From Eledone cirrhosa (Eukaryota), in the NCBI GenBank assembly GCA_964016885.1, contig OZ024743.1, positions 201,190,001 to 201,254,000 of the forward strand: a DNA stretch of 64,000 nt. Direction: 5' to 3'. The notes beneath the pieces are model-generated. The model was not told where the DNA came from. It was given only the letters and a program-made list of their open reading frames with translations, and searched no databases. A program made the position numbers and the translations under genes. Below are positions 1 through 12,148 of this stretch, piece by piece; within the stretch, counting starts at the first letter, position 1; the number at the start of each line of letters is the position of its first letter.

Positions 1-248
1 ATTTATAACTGATTTAAAGCACCCAACAAGTTACTGGAGTAAATATTCCATGATATTAAATAAATGGAAACTATATTTATAAAACCATATTTATTATATA
101 TATTTCATGGGTACGTCTTTATTTATACAACAAACTTTGTATTTTATCTGATGAAAGCGCACCAAGGTTTGCTTGGTTGCCCTTGAAATATATATAATAA
201 AATAAATATGGTTTTATAAATATAGTTTCCATTTATTTAATATCATGG
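1..248. mobile_element. Penelope-like pLTR fragment with inverted duplication (arms ~49-107 and ~184-248)
   Basis: The arms are reverse complements. Bases 1-107 match the terminus of the GIY-YIG-encoding PLE at ~40363-40474. (TA)n flank on the right. Confidence 0.8.
140..204 (+). ncRNA. Minimal type I hammerhead ribozyme motif
   Basis: tattttat-CTGATGA(148-154)-stem II aagcgcaccaag/cttggttgccctt-GAAA(185-188)-tatata-TA-ataaaata; stem I tattttat/ataaaata. Confidence 0.75.
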
Positions 249-264
249 TGTATATATATATATA

Positions 265-2209
265 TCATCATCATCATTTAACGTCCATTTTCCAGGCTAG
301 CATGGGTCTGGACAGGAATTGTCCCACTTGAGGCAAGATTTGGTTGTCTTGCTCAGGACTGTCTGGCGGGTTTTCTACGGCTGGATGCCCTTCCTAACAC
401 CAACCACGTTTACAGTGTGGACTGGGAGGTTTTTTACCATGTTACCTACACGGCCACATTACAGCGTGGATTGTATGTTTTTTTCTCATGACACCTACAC
501 GACCTCATTTATTTAGGACTGGATGTTGTGGTACCAACATAGCTTTACATCGAAAGGGGTGGTGTAGATGGCGGTGGGGGGTAGGGTTGGGACGGGGGTG
601 TATTTTGGTTAAGAGGTGCTTACTGACTGTAGGTTTCGCTTTGTACATAGGCAAGGCGGGTCTTCTGTATTACTAGGTAGCGCCAAAGATCTCGGTCCAG
701 TGACATTGTCTTGGAGAGGTGTAAGTGTGTGAGGTCGGATTTTATCAAGTCGACCCAGGTTTTTCTGGGTCTGCCTACTCCATAGCTACCATCTATTTTG
801 ATCGCCCAGCACTTTTTTATACAGCTGTCATCTTTCATGCGCATCACGTGACCGTACCAACGTAGTCTTCTCTCGAGTAAACAACATCTGATCCCTCTTA
901 TTCCTAATTTCTCCCTTAGTTCGTTTATGCTTTGCCGTTCACGTATATTACTATTACACATCCAATGGAGCATGCAAGCTTCGTTCCTCTCCACTCTGCA
1001 TATGTCCTCTGCACACAGTGCCCATGTCTCACTGCCATGTAACATCTATGTTCGTATGCAAGCATCATACAGCCTGCCTTTTATTTTTAGAGAGAAACCT
1101 TTAGCGGCCAATAGTGGTATAAGCTCTCTGAACTTTTTCCATCCCGTTCGGACTCTAGCTACTGTACTTTCAGAGCACCCTCCACCACTGCTGATTTTGT
1201 CACCCAGGTAACGGAAGGTGTCCAGTATTTCTATAGAACCATCTGGGCAATGGAATGAGCTAGTATTCTGTGGGCATTTGCTGCTACTTATTGCACCAGA
1301 GCACCGGCCACATATAAAATCTATATTCTTAGTTATCTTACCTGTGATCCCACTACATCTTTTATGCACCTATACTTTGCATTTGGGACATAAAATGGAG
1401 TTTCTGCCTACTCCTTTCCTACACACTGAGTATGGCCATTTCCCAGATGGGACCAGTGCCCTATTCTCCTTCCTACAGATTAGGGCTTTAGTCTTAGACA
1501 AGTTAACTTTAAGGCCTTTTGATTCTAGGCCATGTTTCCATGTTTGGAATTTCTTCTCTAGTTCAGCCATCGATTCAGCTATGAGCATTAGGTAATCTGC
1601 GTATAGAAGTTCCCATGGGCAGCTGGTCTTGAACTCCTCCGTTATAGCTTGGAGGGTGATAATAAATAGGAGGGGGCTAAGGACGAGCCCTGATGAACAC
1701 CAACTTTTACGCTAAACTCTTCACTATATTTGTTGTTAATTCTAACCTTGCTGACTGTTTCTTTGTACATGGCTTGTATAGCTCTCACAAGCCATTCATC
1801 TATACCTAATTTTCTAAGAGCGCACCAGATAATGGAGCGGGGGACTCTGTCAAAGGCTTTCTCCAAGTCTACAAAAGCTAAGTAGAGGGGTTTACTTTTA
1901 GCTAGGTACTTCTCCTGTAGTTGTCGTACAATGAAAAGAGTGTCTGTGGTACTTTTACCTGACAGAAACCCAAACTACATTTCATCTAGATTAATTCGCT
2001 CTCTGATTAGTTGCGCTATAACTTTTTCTGTGACCTTCATGACCTGGTCAATTAATTTAATGCCTCTATAGTTACCCCTATCTAGGGCATCTCCTTTACC
2101 CTTGTAGCAGTTAATGATGATGCTGCTACACCAGTCCTTTGGTACGACCCCATTCTGTATAACTTGGTTTACTATCCGGTTGACCATAGTGTGTCCCACC
2201 GTTCCAGAT
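265..2209 (-). mobile_element. RTE-clade LINE, 5'-truncated and degenerate (RT, PHD-like finger, C-terminus, 3' UTR, (GAT)n tail)
   Basis: ORF fragments KGKGDALDRGNYRGIKL, EKAFDRVPR, GVHQGS, FRYLGD, RRLRWYGHVMRM are broken by stops and a frameshift; collinear with 33260-36168. Confidence 0.93.
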
Positions 2210-2212
2210 ATA

Positions 2213-2292
2213 TATAGGAAAATGTTTAACCCTGACGGCAGAGCTAAGCCGTTTCGACGGCTTTTTCAGTACAGGAATAGCCGTTGAAATAT
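2213..2292. mobile_element. Partial copy of the hairpin mini-element family at 22992-23188
   Basis: taggaaaatgtttaaccc...gccgtttcgacggct...gaatagccgttgaaa closely matches 23074-23149. Confidence 0.7.
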
Positions 2293-2448
2293 TGAGAGTG
2301 GAGAGAAGAGACTCAGTGTGAGAGGAGGAGAGAGAGCGTATGGTGATAGTGACAGGAGAGGCTTAGTATATGAGGGGAGGAGAGAGGATATGTTGAATGA
2401 GAGAGAGAGAGAGGAGAGGTGAAGGTGAGAGGAGGAGGGACATAATAT

Positions 2449-2493
<45 letters not shown>

Positions 2494-2809
2494 GAAAGGC
2501 TCAGTGTGAGAGGGATTGGGAGGGAGTATGTTCAGAGAGAGTGGGGGTGGGGGGGCTCAGGCTTTCTATATTTGTATATGAGAAAGAATGTTGAGGAGCT
2601 CAGTATGTTTCAAGAGAGAGGGAGAACGAGAGAGAGAGAGAGAGTATGTTAAGGAAGAAAAAGGGTGAGGTCAATGTATGTGTGTTTGAGAATGAGGTGG
2701 AAATATAGAAATATAGAGTGAGTAAGCAAGAGGGAGAGTGCAAGTGTGAGAGATAGATTGAAAGTGTGTGAATGGGAAAGGTAGAGGCAGTGATGTTAAG
2801 ACAGATAAG

Positions 2810-3303
2810 TAGAGTCCAGTCCACTCCAGTCTAGTCCAGTCCAGGCCAGTCCACTCTAGTCTGGTCCACTCCAGTCCACTCCAGTCCAGTTCAGTCCGGT
2901 CCACTCCAGTCCAGTCCGGTCCACTCTAGACCACTCCAGTCCACTCCAGTCCACTCCAGTCAACTCCAGTCCAGTTCAGACCGGTCCACTCCAGTCCACT
3001 CCAGTCCACTCAAGTCGAGTCCACTCCTGTCCATTCCACTCCAGTCTGGTCCACTCTAGTCTGGTCCACTCCAGTCCACTCCAGACCACTCCAGTCCAGT
3101 CCAGTCCAGTTCAGTCCACTCCTGTCCATTCCGGTCCAGTCCACTCCAGTCCAGTCCACTCCAGACTACTCCAGTCCAGTCCAGCCCAGTCCAGTCCAGT
3201 TCAGTCCACTCCTGTCCAGTCCAGTCCACTCCAGTCCGGTCCCCTCCAGACCACTCCACTCCTGTCCAGTCCAGTCTGGTCCAGTCCAGTCTGGTCCAGT
3301 CCA
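2810..3303. repeat. Pentanucleotide tandem array (CCAGT/CCACT)n
   Basis: Direct 5-bp periodicity. Confidence 0.95.
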
Positions 3304-3399
3304 AGATCTGGTTTGTGAAATGATGGAAGAACTGCACTAGTTGGTTAGAGAAACCTTGACAGACTAAGTGAGGAACAACTGAAATAGGAAACAATACCT

Positions 3400-3430
<31 letters not shown>

Positions 3431-3461
3431 ACAACAACAACAACAGTTTCAATAACAACAG

Positions 3462-3501
<40 letters not shown>

Positions 3502-3620
3502 AACAGCAACAGAACCAACAACAACAACAGCAACAAAGACAAAACAATGACAGTAACAATAACAAAAGCAACAATAGCAACAACAACAACAACAACAACA
3601 GCCACAGCAACAATAACAAA
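3400..3620. repeat. Imperfect (CAA)n microsatellite
   Basis: Direct. Confidence 0.95.
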
Positions 3621-3669
3621 GGCAGTGGGAAAGGTTAGAGGGAGTAAAATAGTTTCCAGCAGTGTGAGT

Positions 3670-4187
3670 AAGGTTGGGGGAGGAGAATGTGATGGGTAGG
3701 GGATGAGTGAGAGGGGGTGGCGGAGAATGTGATGAGTAGGGGTTTAGTTAGAGATGGAGGAGGAGAATGTGATGAGTAGGGGTTGAGTGAGAGAGGGAGG
3801 GGGAGTCTGTGATGAGTAGGGGATGGGTGAGAGGGGGAGGAGGAGAATATGATGAGTAGGGGATGAGTGAGAGAGGGAGGGGAGAATGTGATGAGTAAGG
3901 AAAGAGTAAGAGGGGGAGGGAGGAGAATGTGATGAGTAGGGGATGAGTGAGAGGGGGAGGGAGGAGAAGGTGATCAGTAGAGGATGAGTGAGAGAGGGAG
4001 GGGGAGAATGTGATGAGTAGGGGGTTGAGTGAGAGAGGGAGGGGGTTGAGTGAGAGAGGGAGGAGGAGAATGTGATGAGTAGGGGATGAGTGAGAGAGGG
4101 AGGGGGAGAATGTGATGAGTAGGGGGTTGAGTGAGAGAGGGAGGGGGAGAATGTGATGAGTAGGGGATGAGTGAGAGGGAGAGGGAG
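3670..4187. repeat. ~40-bp purine-rich minisatellite (ggagaatgtgatgagtaggggatgagtgagagggg)
   Basis: About 12 diverged tandem units. Confidence 0.9.
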
Positions 4188-4982
4188 GTGGCTGTCGTTT
4201 GTGATGGTGGTAGTAGTAGTGGTAGTGGCTGTTGTTGCACTTGTTGTGTTGATGATGATGGTGGTGCTGGCTGTTGATGTGATGGTGGTGATGTTGGTGG
4301 TGTGTTGGCTGCTGTTGTTAAGCTTGTTGTTGTGCTTGCTGTTGTCATAGTAGTGGTGGTGGTGGTGGTGGTTTAGGTGGGGGAATGGTGTGGCACAATG
4401 ATTGCAAGAAAAAGAAGAAATAAATAAATAAATAAATAAAGAAAGAAAGAAAGAAAGAAAGAAATAGTGAAAGAAAGAAAGAAGGAAGGAAAGAAAGATT
4501 GATAGATAGATAGATAGAAAGAGAGAAAGAGATAGGAATGAGAAGGAGAAATAGAAGAAAGGGAAATTCCGTCACAATGGTCCATGAATCATCGTCAAAT
4601 CAAGGAAGAAACAAGTGTTCTTAACATTGTCACTGGATGTCAGTAGAAATCAATGGCATTGGAAGGATCCCACAACATGGAATCAGGGAATAGTTGGGAT
4701 GCTGTTTGCAGAAATGAAGATTATATTGAAAGATATCAAACAATAGCAAGCAACACTGCCATCATTCACTAAAATTCCATAGTTTTCTGTAGCTATCTAA
4801 ATCTCTTTATGATATCACTGTCTTTGTTTGGTAACTGTATGAATATTTCTAGTTTATTCACACAGGCATGTACATATTATATATACGCATATAAATAATA
4901 ATACTTACTGCGTGCATTCAGACATACACACATTTATTCCCTTGTATACATATATAATATACATATACTGCATATGTTTATG

Positions 4983-5074
<92 letters not shown>

Positions 5075-5104
5075 ATATATGTATACATATAGATGTAAAT
5101 ATAT

Positions 5105-5536
5105 ATCATCAACGTTTAACGTCCGTGTTCCACGCTTGCATGGGTTTGGACGGGGGTAGTCTCACTTGAGGCAAGAGTGATTGTCTTGCTCGCATAGGAC
5201 TGTCTGGCAGGTTTTCTACAATTGGATGCCCTTCCTAACACCAACCACATTTACAGTGTGGGTCTGGGAGGTTTTTACCGTGTTGCCTACACGGCCACAT
5301 TACAGCGTGGACTGTGTGTTTTTTTGTCGTGACACCTACACGATCTCATTTGTTTCGGCCTGGATGGCGCGGCACCAACATAACTTTACATAGAACGGGG
5401 TGGTGTGGATGGGGTGGGGGTGGGGGTGGTGGGACGGGGTGTATTTTGTTAGAGATGCCTACTGGCTGTAGTAGGTTTTACTATGTATTTAGGTAAGCCG
5501 GGTCTTCTCTGTTACTGAGTACCGCCAAAGGTCTCG
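5105..5536 (-). mobile_element. RTE LINE 3' end fragment
   Basis: Near-identical to 33280-33680 (3' UTR plus the last codons RDLWRYSVTEKTRL); flanked by (TA)n. Confidence 0.92.
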
Positions 5537-5555
5537 ATATATATATATATATATA

Positions 5556-5595
<40 letters not shown>

Positions 5596-5735
5596 TATAT
5601 TCATATATATGTAGGAGGTGAGTTTTATTGTAGTACAATAAAACAATGCAGATATCGGATAAGAAGCACTCTACAGTTTGTAGGACTGGAGTATACATAA
5701 TATATAGATCAAAAGATGGTTAAAGGAGTTCCATG

Positions 5736-5806
5736 TATTTTATTATGCGCATTTCAAAAACAAACATCATCATGCAATAATATTTGTGTTTTCATCAGAT
5801 AAAACA
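5736..5806 (-). ncRNA. Minimal hammerhead ribozyme motif (inverted copy)
   Basis: Reverse complement of the motif at 5921-5991; tcatcag at 5792-5798, tttc at 5752-5755. Confidence 0.72.
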
Positions 5807-5920
5807 GGAGGACATGATATGAAGGCTAAAAAAAACACTTGTGGATAGTGCAGTTATTGATATGTTGATTTAAAACTGCACTATCCACAAGTGTCTTTTA
5901 GCCTTCATATCATGTCCCCC

Positions 5921-5991
5921 TGTTTTATCTGATGAAAACACAAATATTATTGCATGATGATGTTTGTTTTTGAAATGCGCATAATAAAATA
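5921..5991 (+). ncRNA. Minimal hammerhead ribozyme motif
   Basis: tgttttat-CTGATGA(5929-5935)-long stem II-GAAA(5972-5975)-palindrome tgcgca-TA-ataaaata. Confidence 0.75.
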
Positions 5992-6589
5992 CATGGAACT
6001 CCTTTAACCACCTTTTGATCTTATATATTATATTCATATATATATACATGCATGTTTTTATATATATGTAGAGAGAGAGAGAAAGTGATATATTTATATT
6101 TGTGCACACACCCTCGTACACACATATATACATGTATGTATGTGTGTTTGTGTGTGTGTGTGTGTGTTGTGTGTGTGTGAGTACATGCATGCATATGTAT
6201 ATATTATACATGTACATTGAGATTTGCAAACACTTGAAAATAGTACTCAATACCAAAGAAAAGTATGATATTTATTTATTATATTATTGAGATTATCCTT
6301 GCAGTTAGAAGGCAAACACTCCTGATAGAGGTGTTTAAAATATAACAGCAGGCAAGGGAGACAACTCTAACAGTATTAGCTAATCTAAATTTTGAGAAAT
6401 AAATGCAAAGCAGAGTGGATTTTACTTTTAGAGCCTAATGGTAAATGACATGAATGTTTCTATCTTATTAAAACTCATCAGTGAAGCATTTTCAACTCAG
6501 CTGGGAAGAGAGATGAAATCAAGTATATGACAAAATAAAGGCGAAAATAGTGATACAAATATGTATATCAACAATGGGAAAAGATTTGT

Positions 6590-6846
<257 letters not shown>

Positions 6847-7477
6847 CACTCACATTCTTGAAATTGGCTACAAATGACCAGATGGTTTATTGTTGGAAAA
6901 CACAAAAAGGAAAGCAATGGGAAGTCAATTTTGTATTTTCCAAAGAAAATTCTATGACACACACACAGTTCTTGGCATGGAAATGGAGGACAGGAGAGAG
7001 GGAGGGATGATGGAAGCTTAGTAGTTATATCTTTCCCAGAAAACTTTCCAACTATCAAGAAATCCTTTCTTCTCTAAGAAAAAAAAGATAATAGACCAAC
7101 CATATACATCAGAGTTCACTTCTCACAACATAAAAAATTGTTTTACTTTACAAATTTATTAGTTTGCTTCAGTGATGGGTTGGTATGTCTACTGTCACTA
7201 ATATCTTTGAACTCTGAAATGTATCTTTAATACATGACCATTTATTTGCCAGGCTCAAATATGTTAAAACCAGATAAGGCCAGGTTGTATGATGCTTGTG
7301 TACAAATTGTTATGATTCTTGGTAATGTGATGTGGATCTGAAGGTGGGAAATTTATGAAGGCTTGAATGAAATGGTGTAAAACTAATATACAAAAGAGGA
7401 GGAGCATAAAACAGCCAAGAGAAATACTGGATATAAAAGAGAAAACTAAATTTAAAACAAATACATGCACACACACA

Positions 7478-8148
7478 TCATCATCATCATCATCATCATC
7501 ATCACCGTTTTACGTCCGTTCTTCCACGCTAGCATGGGTTAGACGGGTTGTCCTGTTGTGGGCAGTGTCTGGTCGGCTGACCATGCCTTGCTCATACAGG
7601 AACTGATTTGGCTTGATTTCTACAGCTGGATGCCCTTCCTAACACCAACCTCATTTACAGTGAGTGCTGGGTGCTTTTTCGTGGCGCCTACACGTCCACT
7701 TTACAGTGTGGACTGGGTTCTTTTTTTTGCCGTGGCACCTCCACGACCAACTTGCAGTGGGGCATGTGGGGGCATATTGTCTATATGCTTCAGCTTGTAC
7801 CCATGGGAGGTTGGGTACTCTGTATTACTGCGTGACGCCAGAGGTCACGGTCGTGTGTCATCGCCTTTGAGAGGTGTAATTGGGTAAGGTCGGCTTTTAT
7901 CACCTTATCCCAGGTCATCTTGGGTCTCCCCACTCCGCGGTTTCCATCGACTTCTAGTGCTCTGCACCGTTTTATGCAGCTGTCATCCTTCATACGCATC
8001 ACATGTCCATACCAACGCAACCACCTCTCCTGCACACAGCATTTGATTCCTCTTATGCTCAGTCTCTCTCTCAATTCATTTATGCTATGTTGTTCGCGTA
8101 TATTACTATTACACATCCATCGGAGCATGCAGGCTTCATTATTTTCAA
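7478..8148 (-). mobile_element. RTE LINE 3' fragment, second subfamily
   Basis: ORF 7790-8128 (LRWMCN...LRWYGHVMRMKDD...GRPK), 3' UTR and (GAT)n tail. Confidence 0.9.
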
Positions 8149-8257
8149 CAAGGAAGAAGTTCCAGCAATCCGTGTTTACACTTCAAGTTCAAATCAGCGA
8201 CTGGCCAGCACGTGTTGTATTTACTAGAAACACACATATATATACAAACACACATAT

Positions 8258-8400
8258 ATATAGTTCAAGGAAAAACAAAACAGGGATACAAAAGTATAAT
8301 TAGTTTCATGCTTTATATAGAAAAGAGGAAAGAAAATTCAACGTGTTGGGCTTTAGCCCTTCTTCAGGAGTACAAAAAAATAGAGACATAATCACAAAGG
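8258..8400 (-). mobile_element. PLE pLTR remnant with decayed hammerhead (CTGAAGA-agggc-taaa-gccc-[aaca]cgtt)
   Basis: Similar to the motif at 24878-24905; the GAAA box is mutated. Confidence 0.45.
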
Positions 8401-8572
8401 ATAGATACAGAAAAAAAAAATGTATATCTATCTATCTATATATATAATTGGTGTTGGATGTTTTAGCGTCCGTATGCGGTAGGCCATATTAGCACTCGAT
8501 ACCCTCATAGAGCAGAGTATGATATCACAGTGATATCTATCTATATATGTATATATGTATATATATATATAT

Positions 8573-8884
8573 ATCATCATTTCATTTTACATCCGCTTTT
8601 TCCCTGCTTGCAAGGGTGGGACGGAAACTGATGCTGGCTTGATTTCTACAGCTGGATGCCCTTCCTAACACCAACCTCGTTTACAGTGAGTGCTGGGTGC
8701 TTTTTTGCCGTGGCACCTCCACGACCACTTTGCAGTGGAATGATATGGACCCCAGTCCTATCATCTCATTTCTACAGCTGAGTAAACTGCTCAAGGAAAC
8801 AACACATCACCCGGTCTGAGAATTGAACTCACAACTTTTCGATTGCAAGGCCAATGTTCTAACCACTAAGCCATATGCCTCCAT
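8573..8884 (-). mobile_element. tRNA-derived SINE with RTE-type 3' tail
   Basis: A box tggcttagtgg and B box gagttcaattc on the minus strand; the tail matches the RTE 3' UTR at 7600-7760; paralog at 10190-10580. Confidence 0.85.
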
Positions 8885-8894
8885 ATATATATAT

Positions 8895-9218
8895 ATCCAA
8901 AATTAAGATAAATCAAATGAATTTAATCTAAATCAAAATTATGGGTGTCATGCCAGAAAGACATGCGCCATATCACCCGGAAAATAAGCTCTAAGATTCT
9001 AACGATAGGTCCGAGCATTTTATAATAACTAGAGATTGATTAACATATAAATAAACATGAATAATCACAGGAGATAATTTTTACAAGTGTGTAACCACAC
9101 ATAGCTAGGTAGGTAACTAAATAAAGTTGACCAGAACTTCAAAAATAGATACCTTATAATATGATTAATCTTCTGTGATTATTCATGTTTATTTATATGT
9201 TAATCAATCTCTAGTTAT

Positions 9219-9222
<4 letters not shown>
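8895..9222. mobile_element. Fold-back insertion in (TA)n: ~125-bp tail plus ~55-bp inverted arms (9021-9076 / 9167-9222)
   Basis: Near-perfect reverse-complement arms; no hammerhead core visible. Confidence 0.55.
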
Positions 9223-9311
<89 letters not shown>

Positions 9312-9405
9312 ATGAGCACAACAAATATATATACATATATATATAGATATAGATTATAGATATATATACACATCGAACATACCATCATCATCATTTAACA
9401 TCCAC

Positions 9406-9583
9406 GTGCTGAAAAGTTCCTGGATTTGGGTAAAAGTAAATACAGGAGGAACAGTTAATTATGATTTTATTCAAAATATTCTCCTGTCAGATTTACATAC
9501 TTATTGCAGTGGTCCTAACTCCCCTGTAAAGGTAACAGCTCTACCTTTTCACGATACACTTAAAGCCAAGAACTTTTCAGCAC
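9406..9583. mobile_element. Mariner-like MITE
   Basis: TIRs gtgctgaaaagttcctggattt / aaagccaagaacttttcagcac. Confidence 0.75.
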
Positions 9584-9606
9584 ATATATATACATATATA
9601 TATATA

Positions 9607-9774
9607 CCATATTTCCCGGCGCCGAAGATGCTTCATCCTCGAGGACGCGCTCTAATTTTGTCAACCAAAAATTTGAAAAAAAATAATAAGCAGTCTTCGG
9701 CCTCCAGGATACATTGTAGATCTTTTAGACTTATCTTAGGAAAAAAGTAGCATCTTCGATGCTGGGAAATATGG
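9607..9774. mobile_element. Tc1/mariner-superfamily (pogo/Tc2-like) MITE
   Basis: TIRs ccatatttcccggcgccgaagatgc / gcatcttcgatgctgggaaatatgg; TA on both sides. Confidence 0.8.
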
Positions 9775-9816
9775 TATATATTCACACAAAATCAGAGATG
9801 AGGTAACATATTGAGG

Positions 9817-9906
9817 CCTATCTGAGGATCTTTCGATTCCAGAGTCAGGTGCGATAAATAATAGATCATTCCTTGAGCTGATCGACAGTGAAACATATGT
9901 AATATG
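9817..9906 (+). ncRNA. Degenerate hammerhead-like motif with long stem II
   Basis: cctat-CTGAGGA(9822-9828)-tctttcgat...atcgacagt-GAAA(9890-9893)-palindrome catatg-TA-atatg. Confidence 0.45.
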
Positions 9907-10059
9907 TTATTAAATATGTGATGATGCAACACTGATTCTTTGTTCCTTTATTCTTATACTATAAAAAGGAACAATCGACTTTCATCAAATCAGACAAGGA
10001 AACAATGTTTCCATTGGTCTTTCTAATTGCTAATACTATCTATCGGTCACAATGCCAGG

Positions 10060-10178
10060 TAGAAGGAGCAACGTGAAATAAAATGTCTTGCTCAAGGACA
10101 TAATACATCACCTGGTCCGAACTCACAACCTAACAATTGCAAATCTAATTCTCTAACCACTCAGCTACACGTCTTCAT
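10060..10178 (-). mobile_element. Degenerate SINE head fragment
   Basis: Similar to 10460-10580. Confidence 0.65.
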
Positions 10179-10189
10179 TAATAATTGAA

Positions 10190-10580
10190 ACATCATCATC
10201 ATCATCATTTTACGTCCGCTTTTCCCTGCTTGCAAGGGTAGGATGGGAACTGATTCTGGCTTGATTTTTACAGTTGGATGCACTTCCTAACACCAACCTC
10301 ATTTACAGTGAGTGCTGGGTGCTTTTTTTCCGTGGCGCCTACACGTCCACTTTACAGTGTGGGCTGGGTGCTTTTTTGCCGTGGCACCTCCACGACCACT
10401 TTGCAGTGGAATGATAGGGACCCCAGTCCTATCATCTCATTTCTACAGCTGAATAAACTGGAGTAATGTGAAATAAAGTGTCTTGCTCAAGGAAACAACA
10501 CATCACCCAGTCCGAGAATTGAACTCACAACCTTTCGATTGCAAGGCCAATGCTCTAACGACTAAGCCATGTGCCTTCAC
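10190..10580 (-). mobile_element. Full-length tRNA-derived SINE with RTE-type tail and (GAT)n end
   Basis: Head gtgaaggcacatggcttagtcg...gagttcaattc, core tccttgagcaagacactt, tail homologous to 7600-7760. Confidence 0.88.
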
Positions 10581-10844
10581 ATATCTTATGAATTATTGAA
10601 ACGGGGGTTGATTCGAAATTTGAAGATGTGGGAATCCAAAATGCAGAAAATAATTGTAACAACAGTTGATCACTCTAAATAATAGCTTAGAGACTCAATT
10701 AAATTACTCTTATAGACAGAAAATGGGGCAACCATTCATGAGACATGGAGTTCCTTTCACTCTAGCAGATACTGGCCCCTTTCTGTGTCTATAGGGATAT
10801 TTTACCTGATTTCCTAAGCTAATATATATACACATACACATACA

Positions 10845-11098
10845 TCATCATCACCATCTTCGTTTAACGTCAATTTTTCCATGCTAGCATGGGTTAGACG
10901 AGTTGTCCCATTATGAGACAAGTCAGATCAGATGATTCTCTTGCTCAGCTCATACAGAACTGTTTCTGGACTGGGGCATATAAATATATATATATATATC
11001 ATCATCATTATTCTTTAACTACTATTTTCCATGCTAGCATGGGTTAGATCAGTTGTCCAGTTTGAGGCAAGTTGGGTCAGGTGACCATGTCTTGCTCA
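10845..11098 (-). mobile_element. Two short RTE/SINE 3' tail fragments
   Basis: (CAT)n-tttaac...ttccatgctagcatgggttaga occurs twice. Confidence 0.75.
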
Positions 11099-11412
11099 GA
11101 TATATATATATATATATTCATACACACACACTCTCTCACACACACACAAACACACACACACACACATAGACGCACACACACAGGTTTGACCCTAAAATGG
11201 TTTATTGTATTGAAATCTTATAAGATTTTTTGCAAAAAAAGTTACAACAAATTTTGAAAACATTACCTCAAAATTTCATCAAGAAAAAATTAATGACAGG
11301 GCAAAGCATGAAAATTATTATAAAGATTAAAATAAGTAGTAAATATAAATAAATGTGATTTATAATACACACACATATACTCACTTACACATACATACTT
11401 ATATGTGCAGAG

Positions 11413-11701
11413 CAGTGATTCCCAATCTGGGGGTATGTAAATCCCTGTGGGGGCCTGTAAACATAGACCTAGTGGGTCTATGAGCTAAGTTCAAACTTTC
11501 AAGTACTTTGTTAAAAACATAATACACACACATAGACACACTAATGGGTATCCATTCTTCTCTAAGTGTAAACAATTCTATCTTTCAATTGTTATCATCA
11601 CTATCTAACAATCTAGGATGGATATAATAGCAGCAGGGGATCCGTGGGAAAATTCATTAAATAAAAGGAGTCCTTCGTAGTGAAAAGGTTAGGAACTACT
11701 G
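11413..11701. mobile_element. hAT-type MITE
   Basis: Ends cagtgattcccaa / ttaggaactactg resemble CAGTGGTTCCCAA-type hAT TIRs; no clear TSD. Confidence 0.6.
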
Positions 11702-12080
11702 GAAATAGACCACACACACACTACACACCACACACATATACATGTCTACATGTCTGTTTGGGTTCACATGCGTATACACTTACACACACACACACAAATT
11801 ATCCAATACATAAAGATGATATTGGAACAGTTAAGTAGATTACTGCATACAACTTACACTGCTTTTGCTGCTTACACTTGTCTGTCTGACAGCTGTCTGT
11901 TTGTCTGTGTGTGCATAACTATCTGTCTGTCTGACAGTCTGCCTGTGTGGACATATGTATCTGTCTGTCTGTGCCTAGGCCATATGGCTGTATATTTACA
12001 TCTATTCACCTATTTCTTTATCTATCTAACTATCTATCTATCTATTTACTTATCCACCTATATATCTACTTATCTACTTT

Positions 12081-12145
<65 letters not shown>

Positions 12146-12148
12146 ATA

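Larger units (their letters stand above)
5610..6025. mobile_element. PLE-type fold-back insertion: ~95-bp tail plus ~150-bp inverted arms (5706-5855 / 5874-6021)
   Basis: Reverse-complement arms, each with a hammerhead motif; TA-rich flanks. Confidence 0.75.

Noticed and set aside
2600-3394. WTGLD/WSGLD repeat proteins
   Set aside because: Translation of the 5-bp (ACTGG/AGTGG)n satellite.
7270-7380. Possible host exon
   Set aside because: The + strand translates ARLYDACVQ..., a decayed RTE fragment.
8820-10580. tRNA genes
   Set aside because: The A/B boxes belong to SINE heads continuing into core and LINE-derived tails; no full cloverleaf.
11750-12148. Genuine transmembrane N-terminus of ORF2
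   Set aside because: Derived from (CA), (TCTG) and (TATC) repeats (YLSI) outside the element.
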